Source: Elusimicrobiota bacterium
Lineage (GTDB): Bacteria; Elusimicrobiota; Elusimicrobia; Elusimicrobiales; UBA9959
NCBI GenBank assembly: GCA_016208085.1
Contig: JACQYT010000080.1
Span: 56,514 to 120,513, forward strand
Length of the DNA: 64,000 nucleotides
Reading direction: 5' to 3'
Shown in pieces: positions 8,941 to 17,017 of the stretch. A program made the translations under genes and the position numbers. The notes under the pieces were generated by a model. The model was not told the origin of the DNA. It saw only the letters and a program-made list of their open reading frames with translations, and searched no databases. Each line of letters starts with the position of its first letter. Position 1 is the stretch's first letter.

Positions 8941-9447
8941 AAAGATTTGATTCCGGCGAAAATCGTTGAAAAGAAAATATTTTTAATACGCAGCCAAAAA
9001 GTAATGCTGGACGCCGATTTGGCGCGGATGTACGGGGTGCCGACAAAATCGCTGAATCTTGCTGTTAAACGGAACATACTGCGATTCCCCGGAGATTTTA
9101 TGTTTCAGTTGACCCCGGCAGAGGTCCAAAACTTGAGGTTTCAAATTGAAACCTCAAGTTGGGGCGGCCGGCGGTATGTGCCGTATGCCTTCACTGAGCA
9201 GGGTGTGGCAATGCTTTCAACCGTCCTGAAGAGCGAACGGGCTATTCTGGTCAATATTGCTATTATGCGGATTTTTGTGAGGTTGAGGGAAATGCTTCTC
9301 GCAAATAAGGAGCTTGCGGAAAAACTAAGACAGCTTGAGAATAAAATTGAAAAGCACGATACGGAAATCCAGGCGATATTTGAGGCAATTCACCGGTTGA
9401 TGAACCAGCCGGGGCAGCCCAAAAAGAAAATAGGTTTTATAAAGTGA
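8938..9447 (+). CDS. ORF6N (KilA-N-like) domain DNA-binding protein
   Basis: IFLIRSQKVMLDADLARMYGVPTKSLNLAVKRNILRFPGDFMFQLT...RYVPYAFTEQGVAMLSTVLKSERA is the typical ORF6N signature, followed by a C-terminal coiled coil. Confidence 0.8.
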   Translation: MKDLIPAKIVEKKIFLIRSQKVMLDADLARMYGVPTKSLNLAVKRNILRFPGDFMFQLTPAEVQNLRFQIETSSWGGRRYVPYAFTEQGVAMLSTVLKSERAILVNIAIMRIFVRLREMLLANKELAEKLRQLENKIEKHDTEIQAIFEAIHRLMNQPGQPKKKIGFIK

Positions 9448-9453
9448 GGAACC

Positions 9454-10203
9454 ATGAAAAAAATACTGGCTGAAATAGACAGGCTTCAGAAAGAGATAAA
9501 TAAACACCGGCCCATAAACAAAACCGTCCTTAAGCAGATCAGGGAGTATTACAAGGTGGGTCTTACCTACGCCTCCAATGCCATTGAGGGCAACTCGCTT
9601 ACCGAGAGCGAAACCAAAATAGTCCTGGAAGACGGCCTTACCATAAACGGCAAGCCGCTCAAGGATCATTTTGAAGCCCTTGGCCACGGCGAGGCCTACG
9701 ACCTGATGCATAACCTTTACAAGAATCAGGCTATGGCCGAGGCGGACATTAAAAAGCTGCACAAGCTGTTCTATTACAGGATAGACGCCAAAAACGCCGG
9801 CAAATACCGCAAGGTCAAGGTTTTCATAAGCGGCTCAAAGTACCCCCTGCCGCTGCCGGAAAATGTCCCCGGTCTTATGGCTGATTTTGTGCGCAAGCTT
9901 TTCGCCATGAAGAAACTACTTCACCCCGTTGAGCTCGCCGCGCGGGTGCACAAGGATTTTGTGTTTATCCACCCCTTTGTGGACGGTAACGGCAGGCTGG
10001 CCCGGCTTTTAATGAACCTGGCGCTGTTGCAGGTCGGCTATAACATAACAATAATCCCGCCGGTCCGCCGCGCGGATTACATAGACGCGCTTGAAAAGGC
10101 GCACGAAGACGACAAGCCATTTACCGCCTTTATAGCCGAGATGGCGCTGGAGACCCAGAAGGACTATATACGCCTGTTTGAGGAAAACAAAAAGATCAAA
10201 TAG
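9454..10203 (+). CDS. Fic/DOC family protein (AMPylase-type)
   Basis: Canonical Fic motif HPFVDGNGRLARLL. Confidence 0.9.
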   Translation: MKKILAEIDRLQKEINKHRPINKTVLKQIREYYKVGLTYASNAIEGNSLTESETKIVLEDGLTINGKPLKDHFEALGHGEAYDLMHNLYKNQAMAEADIKKLHKLFYYRIDAKNAGKYRKVKVFISGSKYPLPLPENVPGLMADFVRKLFAMKKLLHPVELAARVHKDFVFIHPFVDGNGRLARLLMNLALLQVGYNITIIPPVRRADYIDALEKAHEDDKPFTAFIAEMALETQKDYIRLFEENKKIK

Positions 10204-10206
10204 CAT

Positions 10207-13200
10207 ATGACCACACCTAAATTCAACGAAGACACGCTTTCTGAAAAGCCGGCTATTGAGCAGCTTAAGCGGATGAAGTATGAATTCTTGACCGGCGACA
10301 AGCTGGATCCGCAGGAAGCCGAGGAATGCGAGCGGACTTCGCGGCGTGATGTGATATTGGCGGATCGCCTGCGGGCCAAGCTTAAAGAATTGAATCCCAA
10401 TGCCGGCGAAATAGCCATTGAAAAAGCCATAAGGCAGGCAACCAATATACAGGGCACAAGCCTTATGGACGAGAACAAATTATTACATAAGGCGCTTGTT
10501 TCAAATATCTCCATAGAGCAGGAAGGTCCCGCCGGGCGCAGAAGCGTAACCATAAAATTTATAGACTTCGACGAGCCCAAAAACAACGACTTCCTTGCGG
10601 TCAACCAGTTCCGGGTCAAAGGCCCCAAGGTCGCGGACAGGCCGGACATAGTAATTTTCGTGAACGGCATCCCTCTGGCCGTTATTGAGTGCAAAAGCCC
10701 GGTTGCCCGTGAAACCGGCGTGGGCGACGCCATAGCACAGCTCCTGCGCTATCAAAAGGAAATTCCCGCGTTATTCAGGACCAACCAGATAGTTTTGGGG
10801 ACGAATCTGTTCGGCGCGAAATACGGCGTTATCGGCGCCGATTATGGCGCTTTCCATGAATGGAAAAACAAGCCGGAAGAAAAACTTCCGGATTTGACCG
10901 ACCATCCCGGCGTCAGGGAAATGCGGGACCTGGGCCTGCTGGAGGACGGGGAATTGCCTCGCGCGCCTGCGCAGCAGGACGTTACCATAGCGGCGCTTTT
11001 TAATAAGCGCAATTTTCTGGACATAATACGCAACTTTACCGTGTTCCAGGCGGACCAGGGCAAGGTCAGCAAAAAAATATGCCGCTACCAGCAGTTCGCG
11101 GCGGTGCAGCGTCTGAGCGCGCGCGTCCTGGCTGAAAAGGAAAAGAAAGGCATTATCTGGCACTGGCAGGGCTCCGGCAAGTCCCTGACCATGGTCTTCG
11201 CCGCCTTGAAACTCCGGCGGGAGGAGAGACGGCTGAAAAACCCGTATTTCCTGGTCGTAACCGACAGAAAAGACCTGGACAGGCAGATAACCAACACCTT
11301 TAACGACTGCGGTTTCCCCAATCCCATCAGGGCCGCGACCGGCCCGGAGCTTTACCGGATGCTGTCGGAGGGCGTGGGCCGCACCATTATGACCACGGTG
11401 CAGAAATTCCGCACGCCGCCGGACAAGCCGCTTTCCCCTGCCGACAATATTATTGTGCTTACCGACGAGGCCCACCGCACGCAGTACGGCAGTTTCGCCT
11501 TCAATCTGCGCAAAGCCCTGCCGAACGCCGCTTTCTTCGCTTTCACCGGCACGCCGCTGGACAAAAAAGATCGCAGCACCTATAAAGAATTCAGCCCCGC
11601 CGGCGAAAGCTACATGCACCGCTACGGCATAATGGAATCCGAGGCCGACAAAGCCACCGTGCCGATAAAATACATGGGCCGCCTGCCTTCGCTGCGCCTG
11701 GTCGGCGGGTCAATAGACGCGCTGCTGGCCTGCCTGTTCCCGGACAAGAGCAAAAGCGAACTGGCCGGGATCAAGAAGCAATACGCCGGCATGGAGGTCC
11801 TGCACGGCGCGCCTCAGAGAATAGAGCGCGTGGCCATGGATATAGTGGAGCATTACCATCAGGCCATACGCCCCAACGGCCTCAAAGCCATGATAGTGGC
11901 CAAAGACAGGGACGCCGCCGAGCTTTACAAAAACTGCCTGGACAAGCTTGTCCCGCCGGAGGCTTCGGCCGTTATCATGACGATAAACGAGCGCGGGGAT
12001 TGTGAAGAGCGCAAAAAGCGCTTCTCGCTTACCGACAAGGAAGAGGAAAACCTGAAAGAGCGCTTTAAGAATCCCGGCGACCCGCTTTCCTTCTTGATCG
12101 TCTGCGACAAACTGCTGACCGGCTTTGACGCGCCGCTTCTGCAGGCCATGTACCTGGACCAGCGGCTTATCGAGCACGGTTTGCTGCAGGCGGTCGCCCG
12201 CACCAACCGCTGCTATCCGGGCAAGAATTACGGGCTTGTGGTGGATTATGTCGGAATCGGAAGCGAATTGGCCGCTTCGCTCAAAAAATTCAATTCCGAG
12301 GATGTGGCCGGCATGTTCAGCGCCGAGGACGTGGAAAAAGAATTGAAGCAGTTGCCGCTTCTTCATAAGGCCGCGATGGTATTTTTCGCCGGCGTTTCTT
12401 TTGATGCCCAGCCCAGGACTATAATCCAGAAATGCCTTGAGGTTCTAAGGCCGCCCGCCGTAAGAGGCGGGTTTGATGAGGCCTACCGCGCCCTGGCAAA
12501 AAGCATGGATTTTCTGATGCCCGACCTGCGGATTGAGCCTTTCCTCAAGGATTTTAAGTTCCTGGGAGCCGTCCGCGAGGGCGCCAAAAACCTGTACCGC
12601 GATGAGCGTCTTAAGTCCGAGGATTTGAGCGCCAAGGTAAAGGCCCTGATACAAGCGCATATCGCCGCCGAAAAAATAGAAGAGCTTTTAAAGCCCCTGA
12701 CGATTACCGCGCCTGACTTTGCCGGGCAGCTTGCGGCCAAGGGTTCGGATAAAGCCAAGGCGGTGCACCTGGAATACGCTTTGCGCGACACGCTGCGCAG
12801 CGCGTCTGCGGAAAACCCGGCATTTTATGAAACCCTCCAAAAACGGCTGGAAGACGCGATTGCCGCGAATAAAAAAGAACGCCGCGACGACGCGGACCTG
12901 CTGTTGTCGCTTATGCGGATAAAGGAAATAGAGGCGCATAAAGACGAGACGGCGAAAAAACTAGGCCTGGCCGGCGGCAGGGAGTTCGCCTTCTTCGGCC
13001 TTATTGACCGGTCCGAAGACCTGCCGGGCTTGAAAAAGGAAGAGCGGGCCGTTCTCGCCAAAGAAATTATCGGCCTGATAGAAGAGCGGGCCGTAGCCGA
13101 GTGGGCCGAGCGGGAAGATATTCAAAAGGAAATGCGTCGTGAAATAAAACGCCTGCTCAGGCGCAAAGGCTGCGCCGAGGAAAAGCTCCCGGCCCTGACC

Positions 13201-13242
13201 AGGGAGTTGATTGAGCTGGCCCAGCAATGGGTAAAGCGTTAA
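10207..13242 (+). CDS. hsdR: Type I restriction enzyme R subunit HsdR (nuclease + SF2 translocase)
   Basis: PD-(D/E)xK region PDIVIFVNGIPLAVIECK, helicase motif I WQGSGKSLTM, and DEAH box LTDEAHRTQYG. 1011 aa. Confidence 0.95.
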   Translation: MTTPKFNEDTLSEKPAIEQLKRMKYEFLTGDKLDPQEAEECERTSRRDVILADRLRAKLKELNPNAGEIAIEKAIRQATNIQGTSLMDENKLLHKALVSNISIEQEGPAGRRSVTIKFIDFDEPKNNDFLAVNQFRVKGPKVADRPDIVIFVNGIPLAVIECKSPVARETGVGDAIAQLLRYQKEIPALFRTNQIVLGTNLFGAKYGVIGADYGAFHEWKNKPEEKLPDLTDHPGVREMRDLGLLEDGELPRAPAQQDVTIAALFNKRNFLDIIRNFTVFQADQGKVSKKICRYQQFAAVQRLSARVLAEKEKKGIIWHWQGSGKSLTMVFAALKLRREERRLKNPYFLVVTDRKDLDRQITNTFNDCGFPNPIRAATGPELYRMLSEGVGRTIMTTVQKFRTPPDKPLSPADNIIVLTDEAHRTQYGSFAFNLRKALPNAAFFAFTGTPLDKKDRSTYKEFSPAGESYMHRYGIMESEADKATVPIKYMGRLPSLRLVGGSIDALLACLFPDKSKSELAGIKKQYAGMEVLHGAPQRIERVAMDIVEHYHQAIRPNGLKAMIVAKDRDAAELYKNCLDKLVPPEASAVIMTINERGDCEERKKRFSLTDKEEENLKERFKNPGDPLSFLIVCDKLLTGFDAPLLQAMYLDQRLIEHGLLQAVARTNRCYPGKNYGLVVDYVGIGSELAASLKKFNSEDVAGMFSAEDVEKELKQLPLLHKAAMVFFAGVSFDAQPRTIIQKCLEVLRPPAVRGGFDEAYRALAKSMDFLMPDLRIEPFLKDFKFLGAVREGAKNLYRDERLKSEDLSAKVKALIQAHIAAEKIEELLKPLTITAPDFAGQLAAKGSDKAKAVHLEYALRDTLRSASAENPAFYETLQKRLEDAIAANKKERRDDADLLLSLMRIKEIEAHKDETAKKLGLAGGREFAFFGLIDRSEDLPGLKKEERAVLAKEIIGLIEERAVAEWAEREDIQKEMRREIKRLLRRKGCAEEKLPALTRELIELAQQWVKR

Positions 13243-13243
13243 T

Positions 13244-13996
13244 ATGACAGCTACGCTTACGGAGCCGATTGCCTATACCCTGCTTCCCTCTAAAGGGCGC
13301 AAAAGCGTTTTTTTGCGGGTAAACAGGGACGGTACGGTAACGGTGCGCGCCCCCAGGTTTGTGTCAAAGGCTTATATTGAACAGTTTGTGGCCAAACGCT
13401 CCGGCTGGATTACGGAGAAACAGAATTATTTTAACCAGCTTCTGACGCTCTATCCTCCAAAAGAATTTAAGAACGGCGAATCCTTCCAGTTTTTGGGCCG
13501 CAACTTAAGGCTTAGGCTGCGGCATATAGCGGGTTTGAAAATCCCGACGTGCAGGATTGAGGCGGGGCGGATTAAATTATTGCTGAACGGCCGGGCAGGT
13601 GCGGAACTTAAAGCCGCCGCTTCCGGAGCTGTACGCAATTTATATGCCAGGCATACCGCTTTGAGAACCGCCGCTTTTGTCCGCAGGCATTCCGCCGCTT
13701 TGGCTATAAAACCTGGGCGGATTTCAGTAGTGGGCCAGAAGAAACGTTGGGGAAGCTGTTCGCGTAAAGGCGACATCCGAATTAACTGGCGGCTGGCCAT
13801 GATGCCCCCGGCGGTTGTTGAGTATATCATCGTTCACGAGCTGTGCCATTTAAAAGTTCACGACCATTCGCTGAAATTCTGGAGCATCGTTAAATCCGTC
13901 CTCCCCGACTACGAAACCCGCCGCGCCTGGCTGCGCCGGCACGGCCCCGCTGTTTTTCTGATGGCTGATTGGCCGTCTGATGGCCATAGGCCTTGA
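13244..13996 (+). CDS. YgjP-like M48/DUF45 zinc metallohydrolase (commonly linked to type I R-M)
   Basis: HExxH motif in IIVHELCHLKVHDHS. The start is 1 nt after the hsdR stop. Confidence 0.8.
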   Translation: MTATLTEPIAYTLLPSKGRKSVFLRVNRDGTVTVRAPRFVSKAYIEQFVAKRSGWITEKQNYFNQLLTLYPPKEFKNGESFQFLGRNLRLRLRHIAGLKIPTCRIEAGRIKLLLNGRAGAELKAAASGAVRNLYARHTALRTAAFVRRHSAALAIKPGRISVVGQKKRWGSCSRKGDIRINWRLAMMPPAVVEYIIVHELCHLKVHDHSLKFWSIVKSVLPDYETRRAWLRRHGPAVFLMADWPSDGHRP

Positions 13997-14029
13997 TGCG
14001 GCACCCACACAGATATTGGGGGTAATATA

Positions 14030-14743
14030 ATGGATATAGACGAGGCACATATTAATCATCTACTTGCATTGGAGAATGATAAGGTCAAAGAAGCCTTAAT
14101 CAATTACTCCGCCTATCTCAAAATGGCGGACGACATGATATATTTCCTGTCTCGGGAGTTTTTGGATACGATAAAAGATGAAAATGTTATTTTCCTATCA
14201 TTTTTCGCCCAAATTTCCGTGGATCTTGAACTGGCGGTTTTGTCCACGCTAAGGCGGCATGATATACAGGCATGTTGCATGCTTAGACATGCGCTGGAAT
14301 CCACCTGTTTGGCGGCATATGCCTTGTTTTCCAAATCGGTGGCAGATGAGGATAAGGCCATGTCTGAGTACGGACACCCCGCAAAGAAGTTATATAAATG
14401 GATTGCTAAAGAATTTCCGGAACAGTCTGAAAATATCAAAAAGATAAAAGAGAAGATTAACGATAACTTTTCACATGCAAACATAAAAACATCAGCGGCG
14501 AATTTGATTGTGCGAAATGAGAAAATAAATCCCACCTTTTTTGATTCAAACAGCAATGAAACTGTCCCTAAACGGCTTTATGTAATTTCTGAAATAACAT
14601 GGCATGTCTTAGACCTGCTTGATCAAGCTATAAAAAAAGCGAATTGCGGGGTTGCCCTCAAAGAGGATTCCGTTAAAAAAATAAACGAGTTTTCCGGGCG
14701 GATGGATAAGGTGTTTGCCGAGTTTATAACAGCAAAGAATTGA
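14030..14743 (+). CDS. Hypothetical all-helical protein, AT-rich orphan at the end of the R-M island
   Basis: 237-aa ORF with clean coding composition and no recognisable catalytic motif. The segment TLRRHDIQACCMLRHALESTCLAAYAL loosely resembles the R...E/H helices of DUF5677/AbiV-like HEPN proteins, but this is a weak impression only. Confidence 0.5.
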   Translation: MDIDEAHINHLLALENDKVKEALINYSAYLKMADDMIYFLSREFLDTIKDENVIFLSFFAQISVDLELAVLSTLRRHDIQACCMLRHALESTCLAAYALFSKSVADEDKAMSEYGHPAKKLYKWIAKEFPEQSENIKKIKEKINDNFSHANIKTSAANLIVRNEKINPTFFDSNSNETVPKRLYVISEITWHVLDLLDQAIKKANCGVALKEDSVKKINEFSGRMDKVFAEFITAKN

Positions 14744-15163
14744 TGGGCGCGGGCGATAATTTTCGGGGCTGTACGGCGAAGCCGGGGGTGGAGCGAAGCG
14801 ACACAATTCAGGCTTCGAACAGGCGGCCAGCAGGCCGCGCAGAAGGAGGTGATGAGTATGAAACACCTCTTTTCTGCTGGAGCAGAGCGAGTCCGGATCC
14901 GGCCCACCAATGGGCCGGCGAGTGGGCGAGCCTGCGGCCCCTCCTGCGGCAAGGGGTGGACTATACCGCAGTCCTGCGCCACTATGGACACAATTCAGGC
15001 AATCAGGCGGTGGGCGGCCGCGCCGCGTGGCCGCGCCCACGACGGCTTCCCGCGGTTATGGGGGCTTTCAGGCTGCGGGGAAACGGACCGAAGCGGTATT
15101 TATAAAGTTTCCTCGGGATGTTCGGCAAAGCAGGTTCGAACTTTATCCTGAAAGGCCCGTAAT

Positions 15164-15195
15164 AAAAAACCCTTCTGTAAAGAAGGGTTTTTTAT
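15164..15195. terminator. Bidirectional rho-independent terminator
   Basis: AAAAAACCCTTCT-GTAA-AGAAGGGTTTTTT: a 9-bp stem flanked by an A-run and a T-run, immediately 3' of tRNA-Glu on the minus strand. Confidence 0.8.
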
Positions 15196-15196
15196 A

Positions 15197-15270
15197 CGGC
15201 CTGTACGGGATTTGAACCCGTGATCTCTGCCTTGAGAGGGCAGCGTCCTAGGCCGCTAGACGAACAGGCC
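15197..15270 (-). tRNA. tRNA-Glu (anticodon CUC)
   Basis: The reverse complement GGCCTGTTCGTCTAGCGGCCTAGGACGCTGCCCTCTCAAGGCAGAGATCACGGGTTCAAATCCCGTACAGGCCG folds as a cloverleaf. It has a 7-bp acceptor stem, anticodon loop CTCTCAA and T-loop GGTTCAAATCC. Confidence 0.9.
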
Positions 15271-15429
15271 GTAAAAAAACGATTTTTATTATTCTATCAA
15301 AATGGCGGCTTCTTCCTCAATTTAAACTGAAAAAATGTGGGCGAATTTTTTCATGCTCTTCCAGCCGGCGACACCAAAAACACACCGGCGTTTGCCGGCA
15401 CAATCGACCAGCCGGATGTTTTTCAAAAA

Positions 15430-15468
15430 CGAACGACGACCTGAAAATTGCACTGCGCAATTTTCAGG
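15430..15468. repeat. Conserved hairpin element CGAACGA-GACCYGAAAATTGC-loop-GCAATTTTCRGG (copy 1 of 3); acts as an inter-tRNA hairpin
   Basis: 12-bp stem 15440..15451 / 15457..15468. Related copies lie at 27096..27178 and 47715..47752, each with the same CGAACGA head. Confidence 0.75.
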
Positions 15469-15475
15469 TAAAAAC

Positions 15476-15547
15476 AGCCGACGGCCGGGATTGAACCGGC
15501 GACCTACCGCTTACAAGGCGGTTGCTCTACCGCTGAGCTACGTCGGC
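15476..15547 (-). tRNA. tRNA-Thr (anticodon UGU)
   Basis: The reverse complement GCCGACGTAGCTCAGCGGTAGAGCAACCGCCTTGTAAGCGGTAGGTCGCCGGTTCAATCCCGGCCGTCGGCT is a 72-nt cloverleaf with anticodon loop CTTGTAA. Confidence 0.9.
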
Positions 15548-15815
15548 GTTCTTCATTGACATTATAGGATTTTTAGCGGCAACTGTGTCGGCATTTGTGA
15601 CCAAACTGCGACCGTTTAAGCCTATTTCCCGTTCAATTTCTCTTGTGGCGGGAATACATGAATTAAAGGCTTGCCTCTCGGCCCAGAAGTATCCGGGTTC
15701 CTTTTTTTGCCGGATCCGCGGGTTAAAGGTTATAATACCAAAAAGGCGGTAAGCGGGTCAGGCCGGCTGCCGGCGCGGGGGCGTCAATTGCCGAAACATA
15801 TCTCAGGAGACAGAA

Positions 15816-16130
15816 ATGACCCTTAACGAAACGCTAAACAACCAGTACGAAGGATTTCAGGCTGAGTTCTATGACATCATGCATACGGACAGTTCTGACA
15901 TTAATTTCTATATCGAAATGGTTAAAAAAACTGACGGGAATTGTCTTGAAATCGGGAGTGGAACGGGAAGGATTTTAATCCCTGTCGCTAGAGCGGGCTA
16001 TAAAATTGGGTCTTGACGAAATGTCCGGCTTATTACGGGATAACGGATTTGAAATAAAAAACAGCTGGAGAAATTACCGCAAGGAGGCCGCGCAAAAGGA
16101 TGCCGATTTGCTTATAATTCAAGCCGGTTA
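15816..16130 (+). pseudogene. Class I SAM-dependent methyltransferase remnant (N-terminal 66 codons plus an out-of-frame C-terminal ~38 codons; the middle is deleted)
   Basis: Motif I LEIGSGTGRILIPVARAGYKI, then a stop at 16014. In the +1 frame from 16012 the sequence reads LDEMSGLLRDNGFEIKNSWRNYRKEAAQKDADLLIIQAG*, a typical methyltransferase C-terminus. About 150 aa of core are missing. Confidence 0.6.
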
Positions 16131-17017
16131 AAACCGCGCAAAAAATCGGGCGAAAGAGCATAAAAATAAAAAGTACTGCTGTCGCGTGTTTTAAATCCGG
16201 CTTTGCGGTAAATGTTCAACGCTGCGCGGTTGCGGTCATACACGCCAAGTCCGGCTTCAGAAAATGGTTTAACGCCGAATTGATTTATGGTGTGAATAAA
16301 CAAAGCCTTTCCCAGCCCTTTGCCGCGGTGAGCCGGATGTACGGCCAAAGAATTAAGCAATAGCAGTTTATTTTCTTTTTCCGCCAGATGATATCCCACC
16401 AGTTGATTTTTATGCCATAAAGTGTGTCCGCCGATAAATTTTTCATTTTTAATTAAACGCTGCAAATTTTCCAGGCAGCCTGGCGGGGTTTGTAAAGAGA
16501 TTGTTACTAATGAGCTAATGGTTTCTTTATTGCATAAAAAATTAAGTTTCGCGGCTTTGCCGGTATAACGGTTGTGCCAGGATTTAATTTTGTATGCTTC
16601 TGGAAGAAGAAACGTTCTTTTTTTAAAATTTTCAAGAGGCAAGATCATATTTAATTCTTTGAGAGGTTCAAATTTCAGTTTTCTCAATATCCGCGCCTCA
16701 CTGTGGGGTAATTTGGGATACCAAAGGATGCTTTTAGGCGACATATGTTTAAAGAGATGTCCCAGAGCCTGTCTTAGGAGAATTCCCTGGGCAATATTGG
16801 TTTCATGGGCGATTTCCCAATACCAGGCCTCCAGACTACGATTGATTCTTATCCCTCCAAGCAAAGCGATTATCCTGTTTTCTTTGATAAACCACAAAGA
16901 ATAGCGGTTTGCCTGCTTGTATAAATAATCAATTCTCCGCCGGCGGGTTGAAAGATTTTCTATAAACTTTTTCAACTCCGTCGGAGAGGGCGAACATGTT
17001 GAAATTGAAAAGTTCAT
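16112..17017 (-). CDS. GNAT-family N-acetyltransferase (two-domain)
   Basis: Acetyl-CoA motif A LAVHPAHRGKGLGKAL in the C-terminal half. The gene is AT-rich relative to its flanks. Confidence 0.75.
   Translation of the reverse strand: MNFSISTCSPSPTELKKFIENLSTRRRRIDYLYKQANRYSLWFIKENRIIALLGGIRINRSLEAWYWEIAHETNIAQGILLRQALGHLFKHMSPKSILWYPKLPHSEARILRKLKFEPLKELNMILPLENFKKRTFLLPEAYKIKSWHNRYTGKAAKLNFLCNKETISSLVTISLQTPPGCLENLQRLIKNEKFIGGHTLWHKNQLVGYHLAEKENKLLLLNSLAVHPAHRGKGLGKALFIHTINQFGVKPFSEAGLGVYDRNRAALNIYRKAGFKTRDSSTFYFYALSPDFLRGFNRLEL

Noticed and set aside
15131-15150. GGTTCGAAC T-loop-like motif suggesting a third tRNA
   Set aside because: No flanking T-stem, anticodon arm or acceptor pairing can be drawn around it.
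14745-15163. Specific identification as RNase P RNA, tmRNA or SRP RNA, and the overlapping 100-143-aa ORFs here
   Set aside because: I could not find the universal RNase P boxes, a tRNA-like acceptor/T-arm pair with a tag ORF, or the SRP GGAA/AGCA helix-8 motif. The ORFs overlap on both strands with non-protein-like composition. The region is kept only as an unassigned structured-RNA candidate.
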